Below, piece by piece: positions 48,667-57,760 of a stretch of 64,000 nt of DNA. Made by a program: the position numbers and the translations under genes. The stretch covers positions 256,001 to 320,000 of the forward strand of contig JBITAJ010000015.1 in assembly GCA_044440125.1 (NCBI GenBank), read 5' to 3'. Numbering within the stretch: position 1 is the stretch's first letter; the number at the start of each line of letters is the position of its first letter. This DNA comes from Sedimentisphaeraceae bacterium JB056 (GTDB lineage: Bacteria > Planctomycetota > Phycisphaerae > Sedimentisphaerales > Sedimentisphaeraceae). The notes under the pieces were generated by a model, which saw nothing but the letters and a program-made list of their open reading frames with translations, was not told the origin of the DNA and made no database searches.

Positions 48667-51147
48667 ATGTTTAGGTTTTTGTGTTCTATGTTAGTGTTAG
48701 CGGTGTTTGTATCGACTGGTTTGGCTGATCGCCAATATGACCTTGTGGAATTGTATCACACCAATAGAAATCCAGCTTCTGATGATGCGTCAGGTCATGT
48801 TGTGCCGTGGTGCGTATCAACGCTTTGGCTTGGTACTGCCAATGCGAATGTTACACAAAGTGATATTGACACGGCAAATTCGAGGCTTGACGATCTTGAT
48901 GATTCCTCTGAGTTTACGCAAATGCCGCAAACCGCATCGTTTGCATCCATTGATCAGTGGGGTGTTTATTGGGCCATGCCTAATATGCTCAAGGTCGTTC
49001 TTGATCCTACAATCACTAACAGGACTACGCTTAACGCAAGGTCGTCTGTAAGAAATGTGCTTGAGAATTTTGTTGCTTATCGTGATAAATATTCAGATGC
49101 GGCTTTGACAGATTCTAAGCTGTATGAGATATCAGGAAGCATGAATCACGATTGGCTTCGGAAAACAACTTATCTTCTTACTGCGCAGCATTTCAAAGAG
49201 CTTGATAACGGCAATGGGAGAAATATTTACAATGACGGCTATACAGCGGCTCAGCATTATGACGCCTGGAGACTGCATCTCAAGGAAAGGATGAGGAAGC
49301 TTGCCGCTCGCGGAATCGATCCGGAAATCAGTCCGGGTTATATCTCAGTTACTCTTGAGTCGATGTTTAATCTTGTATATCTTTGTGAGGATGAGGTTTT
49401 AGCTGAGCAGGCGGAGAAATTCATCAATCTTTACCTTGCGGACTATGCGGCTGAGTCTTTTCATGGTATCAGAGGTGGAGGTTTGACAAGAGTTTATAAG
49501 GATTCCTGGGCATTCAGGCCTGAATCACATTATATGAGAGCATATTATCATCTTTTCGTTGCGGATCCGGCTGCCTTTCCCTGGTCCAGCCCCGACAGGA
49601 CTTTTCTTGGTGTCTGTATGTCAGGCTATTCATGTCCGTCAGTCATACAAAACCTGATGACGCAAACTAAGAGTGACTATAACAGCACATCTCGAAGACC
49701 GGCTAAAGGCACTCAGGCGACAAGGGATGACTCACCGTTTTATACGCTTCAGTGGCCTTCTGATATAAGGCGTTTTACTTATTGCACATCAGAATATGTG
49801 ATGGGTGGCTTCTGTATATATGACCAACAGCCTTCCAGCTACTACGTAAAGCTTAATTCGCAGAACCAATGGATGGGGCTTGTAAGTGAATGTGATATTC
49901 AAAGCAGGGTTTATTTTCAGTGTGGGTCTCCTACTGATACCACAAGCGGATACAGCGAGCTGGATGCTATCGGTAATAAGGGGGCTATGCTGATAAAGAG
50001 GCAGGAAAATGTTGTAGGCACTCCCGATCTTTTCTGTTGGATGTCGAATGATTTCAGGACTAACAGGGTAGGGCCTGACAGCGGTACGAATTACTGGGTG
50101 TTCTCAGAAAATACTGACAGTTCCGTTTATGTTGCTGTTAAAGCTATAGATGCTTCTTCTGCTGCATTCTACACTCTTGATACTGATGGTCCTGGTTACG
50201 GCGATCCGCTGACAATCGATTTCAGTGACGATAATACTATTTGTGTCATTCAAGCGGCTAAAGCGAGCGATTATAATAGTTTTTCTGATTTCCAGACTGC
50301 TGTCAAGGCGGAAACTTTCAGTAAAAGCGGTACGGAAGTTACATATACGACTCTTGATGGTGATACATTAAAGATGTACACCGATGGTACTCAGCCCAAG
50401 ATTAACGGGGTGAGTTTCGGGTTGAATATTTCTAATACGTATACTGGGTATTATTTATCTAACGATTGTTATGATAACCCTACTGTATATGTGACAGATG
50501 AGTCGAGTAATTGTCTCGTGCTTAACTTCGATTATTATGACTATCCTCTTTGGGATGAGGCAAATACTGTTGCTTTGTGGAATATGGATAGTACTTCTTC
50601 GGGGGTGATTGTAGATCAGGATGATAATAACTCCGGACGTGATTGTGACCTTACTCTCTCTGGTCCTGCACTGGTTACCTCGCGGAGTGATTTTGGTAAT
50701 GCGTTATCTTTTGATGGTACCAACGATACTTCATACACTGATGTTATCACTCAACCCACAGAAGTGAAAATCGAGTGCTGGCTTTATGTTGATTCAGGCA
50801 CTACGGGCGATAATCGTTGGATAGTTGAAGGCGGTAAGTATGGCCTTTATACAAATAGTGCTGGTACTACTTTGACTTTCCGTGCATACGATTCCGGTGA
50901 TAACTGGACTTTTGTTTCCGCGGATATTTCAACTGATACGTGGCAGCACGTAACGGCGGAATTCTGTGATGGAACGGTCTCTGTATCTGTATTGAATGAT
51001 GATTACAGTGTAGGTGATTACTCGTCTGATTCAGCAGGGGCATCAACTCTTGCTTCTCATAGCGGTAGAATATACGTGGGTGCCTTTGGGACAACGATGA
51101 GGTATTTCAAGGGTGAAATTGATGATTTGAGAATTTTTGAACCGTAA
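48667..51147 (+). CDS. Secreted heparinase II/III-like (putative polysaccharide lyase) protein with C-terminal LamG-like domain
   Basis: Signal peptide; SMNHD, RGIDPEISPGY, GIRGGG; paralogous to 55898 and 57761; LamG-like C-terminus (ALWNMD, ALSFDG, WQHVT, FKGEIDDLRIF). Confidence 0.6.
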   Translation: MFRFLCSMLVLAVFVSTGLADRQYDLVELYHTNRNPASDDASGHVVPWCVSTLWLGTANANVTQSDIDTANSRLDDLDDSSEFTQMPQTASFASIDQWGVYWAMPNMLKVVLDPTITNRTTLNARSSVRNVLENFVAYRDKYSDAALTDSKLYEISGSMNHDWLRKTTYLLTAQHFKELDNGNGRNIYNDGYTAAQHYDAWRLHLKERMRKLAARGIDPEISPGYISVTLESMFNLVYLCEDEVLAEQAEKFINLYLADYAAESFHGIRGGGLTRVYKDSWAFRPESHYMRAYYHLFVADPAAFPWSSPDRTFLGVCMSGYSCPSVIQNLMTQTKSDYNSTSRRPAKGTQATRDDSPFYTLQWPSDIRRFTYCTSEYVMGGFCIYDQQPSSYYVKLNSQNQWMGLVSECDIQSRVYFQCGSPTDTTSGYSELDAIGNKGAMLIKRQENVVGTPDLFCWMSNDFRTNRVGPDSGTNYWVFSENTDSSVYVAVKAIDASSAAFYTLDTDGPGYGDPLTIDFSDDNTICVIQAAKASDYNSFSDFQTAVKAETFSKSGTEVTYTTLDGDTLKMYTDGTQPKINGVSFGLNISNTYTGYYLSNDCYDNPTVYVTDESSNCLVLNFDYYDYPLWDEANTVALWNMDSTSSGVIVDQDDNNSGRDCDLTLSGPALVTSRSDFGNALSFDGTNDTSYTDVITQPTEVKIECWLYVDSGTTGDNRWIVEGGKYGLYTNSAGTTLTFRAYDSGDNWTFVSADISTDTWQHVTAEFCDGTVSVSVLNDDYSVGDYSSDSAGASTLASHSGRIYVGAFGTTMRYFKGEIDDLRIFEP

Positions 51148-51160
51148 ATGGGGAATGCTC

Positions 51161-51222
51161 TTGACAATCATCTGGTTGTAGGGTATGATTGGTCTGTGTC
51201 GATTTTACAATCAGGTGATTGT
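51161..51222 (+). promoter_or_regulatory. Sigma70-type promoter with two palindromic operators upstream of the GntR/LacI-type regulator
   Basis: TTGACA 51161-51166, 17 nt, TATGAT 51184-51189; ACAATCA-TC-TGGTTGT 51164-51179 and perfect ACAATCA-GG-TGATTGT 51207-51222. Confidence 0.75.
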
Positions 51223-51251
51223 GTTAATGTAACAACAAGGATTATACAGGT

Positions 51252-52508
51252 ATGCAATTTACATTCGAAGAATTAGATATATCGGGTAAGAATGCTGATA
51301 AATTTGCCAGAGGCATATTCATTGAGATAGCTAATGGTAATTATTCAGAAGGTTCCCAGCTTCCAAGTGTGCGTGAAATGGCAAAAGAGTCTTCTATGAC
51401 TGATTATTCCGCTCGGAAAGTCATGATGTCGCTTGCAGATGCGGGGCTGGTTGAAGTTAAGTCGCGTAAGGGTATTTATGTTGCCGCCGGGGCCAAGCAA
51501 AAAGCTGTTGATATTCTCAAAAGGTACAATCAGAGCTTTAGCGGCATAAAAGATGATTCCGAGCAGCGAACTATTGCAATTGCGGCGGCTTTCAAAAATA
51601 CGATAGACGGTCCCCAGATCTATCACCCCCAAACAATTTCAGGAATTTACAGAGAGGCGCAAAAGTTCAATTTCAATGTTGAGCTTATAAACTTCAATGT
51701 AAATATATCTGAACCGGCAATATTGCTGAATGTTGTGAGGGCTAACGGTTATGACGGGGTTGTCTGGCTTTATCCGGATGTTTCGCATTGGGACAGCATA
51801 AACTCACTTCGTGACAGCGGCATACCTGTAGCGCTTAGTAGTCATTGGCTTTTCAATACTTCTCTGCCTTGTGTTCAGATAAGCGGCTATTCCAGTACAC
51901 TTTCCATAGTCAAACATCTTGTAGAGGTTGAAAAGTGCGATGTCATCAACTGGTTTTCCACTGAAGTGTACGACAAAGCCAAAGATTATGATAATGATTA
52001 CGCTAAGGTGTCTGCTTCCGGAGTATATCAAACTCTTAAGCTTGTCATGAACATAGTTGGTGAGGAAAAGTGTAAGCTTAATATTATTGATTACGATGGA
52101 TGCCGTGTAAGTACGGAAAGAATGCTGAAGAATATTATCGCCGAAGATAATGTGAAAAACGGGATTGTGATAGCCAATACTGAAGAATTGAGTGATTTTT
52201 TCAAACGTCACCCTGAAAGTTTTGACGACATAGATCGCCATTGTCTTCTCGTTGGTTCAACTTACAACCAGTTTCCCCGACTTGAGCCGATAGTCGAGCG
52301 TATTGGCGATATCTATATAAGTCTTTTGCCTTTCGAGGATGTGGGCAGAGCCCTCACCACTAAAATCAATGCACTTCTCGAAGGCAGATTTGTTGATAAC
52401 ACTACTCTTATCAATCCATCTTTTGGACTTTATTCAGAGCTTCTTGAAACTTCAAAAGAGCTATCTCATAAAGTCGATGCTGAAAGCGATCTCTTGTTAA
52501 CTGTTTAA
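51252..52508 (+). CDS. GntR-HTH transcriptional regulator with LacI-like sugar-binding domain
   Basis: IANGNYSEGSQLPSVREMA...ARKVMMSLADAGLVEVKSRKGIYV; downstream periplasmic-binding-protein-like region (YDGVVW, GIPVAL, LPCV). Confidence 0.85.
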   Translation: MQFTFEELDISGKNADKFARGIFIEIANGNYSEGSQLPSVREMAKESSMTDYSARKVMMSLADAGLVEVKSRKGIYVAAGAKQKAVDILKRYNQSFSGIKDDSEQRTIAIAAAFKNTIDGPQIYHPQTISGIYREAQKFNFNVELINFNVNISEPAILLNVVRANGYDGVVWLYPDVSHWDSINSLRDSGIPVALSSHWLFNTSLPCVQISGYSSTLSIVKHLVEVEKCDVINWFSTEVYDKAKDYDNDYAKVSASGVYQTLKLVMNIVGEEKCKLNIIDYDGCRVSTERMLKNIIAEDNVKNGIVIANTEELSDFFKRHPESFDDIDRHCLLVGSTYNQFPRLEPIVERIGDIYISLLPFEDVGRALTTKINALLEGRFVDNTTLINPSFGLYSELLETSKELSHKVDAESDLLLTV

Positions 52509-52520
52509 GGAGAATATCCA

Positions 52521-53342
52521 ATGCAACGTAATAAAAAAGCATTCACTCTCATCGAGTTGTTAGTTGTTATATCGATAATAGCCGTCTTGATGTCGATAAT
52601 GATGCCTGCACTTGCCAAAGCGAGAGAGCAGGCAAAAAAAATATTAGGAGCTGCCCGTCAGAAGGATGTTGGGTTGGCACTAAATCTTTATTCGCAGGAT
52701 TGGGACGGGGCACTTCCAAAAGCTTACTGGTCTAAGGTGCCAGGCTCTAACTATACGCGACTTCCATATAAACTTGCCCCATATTACGATCAGGATCAGG
52801 ATGGTACATCGTCAGAGCTGTTCAGCTTTGAATTATACTCATGTCCGGCGCAGCCTAAATGGCTTACCAATAGCGAAGGGGAAAAGGTAGAGCGAGGCAA
52901 GAGCGCTGTTGGCAGTTATGGCTACAACTATTTTTTCTTTTACGGTGTTAATCCGGGCGGTAAGTTTTCGAATATGGGTGATTGGGTGGAAAGGAATGTC
53001 TCCCACATAAGAGATGGTGCGACTTTGCCTTTGTTCGGATGCGTCAGCGGCGAAGAATATGAAGGTCTTGGTGCAGGCGGCGGACAAGTACTCGACTATA
53101 GAGGACCACATCCAAAGGCATTTAAGTATGGTTATATGGGTGGTAAGTCACCGGCCACAGTCTCAAAGACGAGTCCGTCCGGACCTGCTCCAAACCACGG
53201 CAGAGACTGCAATATGCTTATGGCCGACTATCATGTTGAGGCAGTGAATGTATGTGTTGACGGTGAGTTCCCATGGACAGACCATACAGGAAGTGCTTTT
53301 CATCCCAGCAGGGCATCAGTTCGCGGTAATGAGAAAAAGTAA
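52521..53342 (+). CDS. Prepilin-type N-terminal cleavage/methylation protein with H-X9-DG-like C-terminal motif (PVC-type pilin-like protein)
   Basis: KKAFTLIELLVVISIIAVLMSIMMPALAKAREQAK; CPA, SYGYN, NHGRDCNMLMADYHVE. Confidence 0.9.
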   Translation: MQRNKKAFTLIELLVVISIIAVLMSIMMPALAKAREQAKKILGAARQKDVGLALNLYSQDWDGALPKAYWSKVPGSNYTRLPYKLAPYYDQDQDGTSSELFSFELYSCPAQPKWLTNSEGEKVERGKSAVGSYGYNYFFFYGVNPGGKFSNMGDWVERNVSHIRDGATLPLFGCVSGEEYEGLGAGGGQVLDYRGPHPKAFKYGYMGGKSPATVSKTSPSGPAPNHGRDCNMLMADYHVEAVNVCVDGEFPWTDHTGSAFHPSRASVRGNEKK

Positions 53343-53419
53343 TATTCTTTCTGAAATCGGTGTGTGAAGATAATTTTATAGTAATGTAATATTAATTTGT
53401 TTTGTAAGGAGTGTTTAGT

Positions 53420-54967
53420 ATGAAATGTATTATCTCTTTAAGGACGCTGTGTGTTTCGCTGTTGGTGTTTACGCCATTTATATTTGCGGCATACGAAAGT
53501 CCTCTCAGTGATGATTATCAAACGATGTCTTTGTGGAATATGGATTCTACGACTACTTTGTCAGATGGCAAGGTCATAGTTTTCGATCAGGATGATAACT
53601 GGGGACGTACAAATCACCATCTTACCCTCTATGATGGAGATAACGCCAATGGTTACGGGGCTACGCTTGTCAGTTCTCAAAGTGGTTTTGGTCAAGCTCT
53701 TCAGCTTGATGGCGTCAACGATTATGCAAAAAGTTTTATTCGCTTTCCTATTAATGAGGGATTCAAGCTTGAGCTTTGGATCAAACCTGATTCAAGCAAG
53801 ACAGACATCAACTGGATAGCTGAAGTTCCAAACGTATGGCGTTTATATACAGATACAAACGCTACGAGAATAAATCTTTATGTCAAGGATGCAAATGGTG
53901 ACTGGGCTTCGAATATACGCAAAGCAATTACACCCGATGCATGGCAGCATATTACTGTTGGTTTTGAGAATGGAACGGCATCTCTTTCTGTAGATGGTAC
54001 ATCTCAGTATGGAACACTTACCCTTCCAACGACGGAAATGTATAACGCCGGTCAGGAAGATTATGTATGGATTGGCAGCTACGGCGGTACACAGAGATTC
54101 TTCAAGGGTCTTATTGATGATGTAAGGCTTACGGATCCTGCCGCTGAAGTCCCTGAATGGGCCTCTGTCCATGAGGATGCAGTTCTTGGTACATATGCCC
54201 TTTATCACATGGATGAAATAACCGGCTCTATTATGCCTGATGATAACTCACAGTCATCAAGATCACCTTTGGATTTGACTGTTTACGGCAATCCGGCCAT
54301 TGTTGATGATGGTTCATATCCCAATGATGATCCGAGTTTCGGCAGCAGTGTCAGCTTTAATGGAATGAGCGATTATTTCCAATGCCTTAAGCCGATGCCT
54401 TATGGCATAGACCCTGCCAATTTTAAGGTGGAAGTATGGATTAAGCCAAATCCTGATTGGTATACTGTCTCTGGCGGTTTGTACTGGATAGTAGGGCATG
54501 ACAGTATGTTCCGTGTTTATCTTCAGTCAGACGGTACGGTTGGCGGTGCAAGGTTGAGGTATTATGTATGGCCATCTGATGGAAGCGGTGCAGTACTAAC
54601 AACAATTGCATGTGGTGCACTTGAAGGCTGGAATCATATATCTTGTGAACTATATAATGGTGTAACTAAGATTTATGTAAATGGTGCAGAGAAGGCTTCA
54701 ACGACACTTCCGACTAACGATGCAACAGTTGGAGCATCACAAATGAGAGTTGGTACTTATAACGGCAGCTCAAGAATGTTCTGGGGACAAATGGATGAAC
54801 TTCGTATAAGTAATGTTGTTATTCCAGATCCGCAGTGCGGCGATTACGGCTATCTCGAGAGCGATATCAACAAGGATTGTGTAGTCGATATACTCGATCT
54901 CAAGCTTATACTTGTTGATTGGCTTGAATGTACGACTGATGAGGCCGGTTGCGTTGTGGCGTTTTAA
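53420..54967 (+). CDS. Secreted protein with two LamG-like domains and a C-terminal dockerin-like motif
   Basis: Signal peptide; two repeats with LWNMD/LYHMD, ELWIKP/EVWIKP, WQHI/WNHI, FKGLIDDVR/FWGQMDELR; C-terminal SDINKDCVVDILD. Confidence 0.8.
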   Translation: MKCIISLRTLCVSLLVFTPFIFAAYESPLSDDYQTMSLWNMDSTTTLSDGKVIVFDQDDNWGRTNHHLTLYDGDNANGYGATLVSSQSGFGQALQLDGVNDYAKSFIRFPINEGFKLELWIKPDSSKTDINWIAEVPNVWRLYTDTNATRINLYVKDANGDWASNIRKAITPDAWQHITVGFENGTASLSVDGTSQYGTLTLPTTEMYNAGQEDYVWIGSYGGTQRFFKGLIDDVRLTDPAAEVPEWASVHEDAVLGTYALYHMDEITGSIMPDDNSQSSRSPLDLTVYGNPAIVDDGSYPNDDPSFGSSVSFNGMSDYFQCLKPMPYGIDPANFKVEVWIKPNPDWYTVSGGLYWIVGHDSMFRVYLQSDGTVGGARLRYYVWPSDGSGAVLTTIACGALEGWNHISCELYNGVTKIYVNGAEKASTTLPTNDATVGASQMRVGTYNGSSRMFWGQMDELRISNVVIPDPQCGDYGYLESDINKDCVVDILDLKLILVDWLECTTDEAGCVVAF

Positions 54968-55004
54968 TAATCTTGAGTGAATAATAGAGCAAAGGAGCTT
55001 TAAT

Positions 55005-55823
55005 ATGTATAAAACAATAAAGTCAATTTTTATTATTATTTTAGGTGTATGTGCTATCGCTGCCGCTGTTGATTATCAGGTGCCGCTTACTTTCACCGCT
55101 CCGGTTGTGGATGGTAACAGCTTGCCTGGCGAATGGGACGGCAGTTTGGATGTAAGTATTGCGTATCCTGGCATTGTATCAGCCGGCGGTGCTGATATAA
55201 CCGGAAGCAGTCCTGCAGCTTCTGATTGCAGTGCGGATGTGAAGATGCTCTGGGATGCCGATAATCTCTATGTATATGTTCGTGTATATGATGAGGACAT
55301 GACGTTTAGTAAAAATTATCCGGGTCCTTATAATGGTCAAGACTGTTTTCAGGTAGCCTTCAATCTTCTTGATAACTCAGAAGCAATCTTCCTTGAAGAT
55401 GCTCCGATATATGATTTCAGTGCTAATACTGCAGACGAAGTTGGTGCTTCGGTTGCTATTCACGGAATATTCAATGTTGACAACTTAACTGTTGCCGGTA
55501 AAGAATTTGAAGACGGCTGGCAGATGGAAATCGCTATTCCGTGGAACACTTATCAGCATTTCGCTCATCCGGGCGATAGACATGGTCTTGGATTGCTGCT
55601 TGTTGATTATGATGGTGATAGCCCTGTTGAAAATTTCCTTACAGATTACGGTAATGGTGAAAATACTATAGATGATATTACTACCTGGAATACAATTACT
55701 TTGATCGGAGAAAACGGCTGTGGTACCAACGGACGTTTCATAGGCGATCTAAATGGTGACTGCAATGTTGATATTTCAGATATTGCCTCTATTGCCTCAC
55801 AATGGGCACAAAGTACGCTTTGA
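55005..55823 (+). CDS. Secreted CBM9/DOMON-like sugar-binding protein with C-terminal dockerin-like motif
   Basis: APVVDG...EW, MLWDADNLYVYVRVYDE, DCFQVAF, GWQMEIAIPW, GLLLVDYD; C-terminal GDLNGDCNVDISD. Confidence 0.78.
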   Translation: MYKTIKSIFIIILGVCAIAAAVDYQVPLTFTAPVVDGNSLPGEWDGSLDVSIAYPGIVSAGGADITGSSPAASDCSADVKMLWDADNLYVYVRVYDEDMTFSKNYPGPYNGQDCFQVAFNLLDNSEAIFLEDAPIYDFSANTADEVGASVAIHGIFNVDNLTVAGKEFEDGWQMEIAIPWNTYQHFAHPGDRHGLGLLLVDYDGDSPVENFLTDYGNGENTIDDITTWNTITLIGENGCGTNGRFIGDLNGDCNVDISDIASIASQWAQSTL

Positions 55824-55845
55824 TTTTTGAATAATAATTAATGTT

Positions 55846-55881
55846 AACCGGCAGACTGTTTGCAGGTCTGCCGGTTTTTTT
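55846..55881 (+). terminator. Intrinsic terminator
   Basis: AACCGGCAGAC...GTCTGCCGGTT followed by a T-run. Confidence 0.8.
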
Positions 55882-55897
55882 ATGAAAAGGATTTTTG

Positions 55898-57745
55898 ATG
55901 TTTACAAAAAGTTGTTTTCTGTTTTTGTTATTGCTGTGTGTTTCGAGTGGTTTGTGTGATGATGTAAGTGATAGGGGAGATGATGTTCTCGACAAATATT
56001 ACAAGCATTATATAGATATTGACAAACAGTCATCTAACCGTATCAGGGTAAACTGGGCTTATGCGGCACTTTCACTTTATAATGATAAAGATATAACACA
56101 AAAGGCTGATAGGGTGCTGTTTGAGACTTTAGAGCCGCAGAAAACCATCTTTACACAGACAGGCAGCGAAGGCCATGATATTTACTGGGAGACAGTAATT
56201 CTTTCGCGAATGATGAATTGTAAGGAAATCACTGCTAAGCTCTCAGATGAAACAAAACATACCATTAATACACTTTTATGGGATTTTGTGTATAATTTTG
56301 ATAAGCCCGGTCACAGTGAACCATCGCTTGAAAAGATCAACACAATATATAACAGTGACAATCATGATATGATACATCGAGGTGTATATCTTATGGCTGC
56401 GCAGGCATTGAAGGACGATCCGCAGTTCAAAGATAAGAAATATGCCGATGGTCTCACCGCTGCCGCTCATTATGCTATATGGCGAAAGAATCTGATGGAG
56501 TATTTCAAGTTCAGGGCTTCAACAGGCGTCAATGTCGAATTTGGCTCGACTTGTTATGCTGGTGTATACCTCCATCCTATTTTCAGTATATACGACTGCT
56601 GTCAGGATAAACAGCTTGCAGACCAGGCAGGCAAGTTTATTGACCTTTTCTTTGCCGATGTATCGCAGGAAGTATTGAATGGTGTTCGCGGCGGTGCAAA
56701 GGTGCGTATGTACAAAAATGCTCATTGCTGCAATTATCAGGCGGATAAGCTTCTTTACTATAATTATATACTTACCGGAAAGCCCAAAGAACTTGACAGA
56801 CTGTTTCCTACGGATTGTTTTGGCGCGGCACAAAGTGATTACAGGCTTCCGCAGACAGTGAAAGAACTTATGGTTGATACGAAGGCCAAAGGAGCGTATG
56901 TTTATAAGTCTAACAGACTTGCTCAGGGTGGCCATGTTCTTGGCAACAAATATGGGCTTGGCGATGCTCTCGCTCCAATTTATACCGCTGAAACACAGTC
57001 TGGTCTTTTGCGATACACCTATGCAACCCCGTCATATCTGTTGGGTACGTTTACGATTGACGAGACAAAGACCTATATGCTTATAAACAGTCAGAACCAG
57101 TGGATGGCCTTGACGACCGCAGCGAAGCCCTCCAGTAGGATAGTTGTCAATGTTACACCGACATCTGATGAGAGAACGGGCTACAGGGACTTACAGGCTG
57201 TTCAATACAAAAACTGTGCAATGTTTCGTAAACAGCTTGCGGCTGAAGACGGCGGACTTTTGCGACTTTTTGTTTCAAATGATTTTGAAATGACTGATAA
57301 AGACGGCACGTTATTCTTTGAAAACGACAGTGTTTATGCAGCAGTAATGTGTATTCAACACCATGACAAGACGGGTTATGAAATAGAAAAGACGGATTTT
57401 GGACCGGGCAGATTTGTTACTTTCAATGAACCGAATGTTTATTTTGTACTTGAAGTTGCTGATAAGAAAGAATATGAGAATCTGAATGAATTCAGTGAAT
57501 ATATCTCTGGCAATGATTTGAGGTTTGAGAATAACTATGATGAAATTATATACGATAGCAAAACCTGTAAATGCAGTCTTGAGATGTTCACAGACGTCCG
57601 CATGCCATTGGTCAATGGTAAGCCTGTTGATGTAAGGCCGGCTAAAGTTTATGACAGCCCTTATATGCAGTCTAATTATGGTAGTGGCGTTGTAACAGTT
57701 ACAGGTGTTGAAGGTGAAAATCTTGTTCTTGATTTTAACTATTAA
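55898..57745 (+). CDS. Secreted heparinase II/III-like (putative polysaccharide lyase) protein, core only
   Basis: Signal peptide; SDNHD, TGVNVEFGSTCY, GVRGGAK, NSQNQW; paralog of 48667 and 57761. Confidence 0.6.
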   Translation: MFTKSCFLFLLLLCVSSGLCDDVSDRGDDVLDKYYKHYIDIDKQSSNRIRVNWAYAALSLYNDKDITQKADRVLFETLEPQKTIFTQTGSEGHDIYWETVILSRMMNCKEITAKLSDETKHTINTLLWDFVYNFDKPGHSEPSLEKINTIYNSDNHDMIHRGVYLMAAQALKDDPQFKDKKYADGLTAAAHYAIWRKNLMEYFKFRASTGVNVEFGSTCYAGVYLHPIFSIYDCCQDKQLADQAGKFIDLFFADVSQEVLNGVRGGAKVRMYKNAHCCNYQADKLLYYNYILTGKPKELDRLFPTDCFGAAQSDYRLPQTVKELMVDTKAKGAYVYKSNRLAQGGHVLGNKYGLGDALAPIYTAETQSGLLRYTYATPSYLLGTFTIDETKTYMLINSQNQWMALTTAAKPSSRIVVNVTPTSDERTGYRDLQAVQYKNCAMFRKQLAAEDGGLLRLFVSNDFEMTDKDGTLFFENDSVYAAVMCIQHHDKTGYEIEKTDFGPGRFVTFNEPNVYFVLEVADKKEYENLNEFSEYISGNDLRFENNYDEIIYDSKTCKCSLEMFTDVRMPLVNGKPVDVRPAKVYDSPYMQSNYGSGVVTVTGVEGENLVLDFNY

Positions 57746-57760
57746 TCGGAAGCTCTCTAA

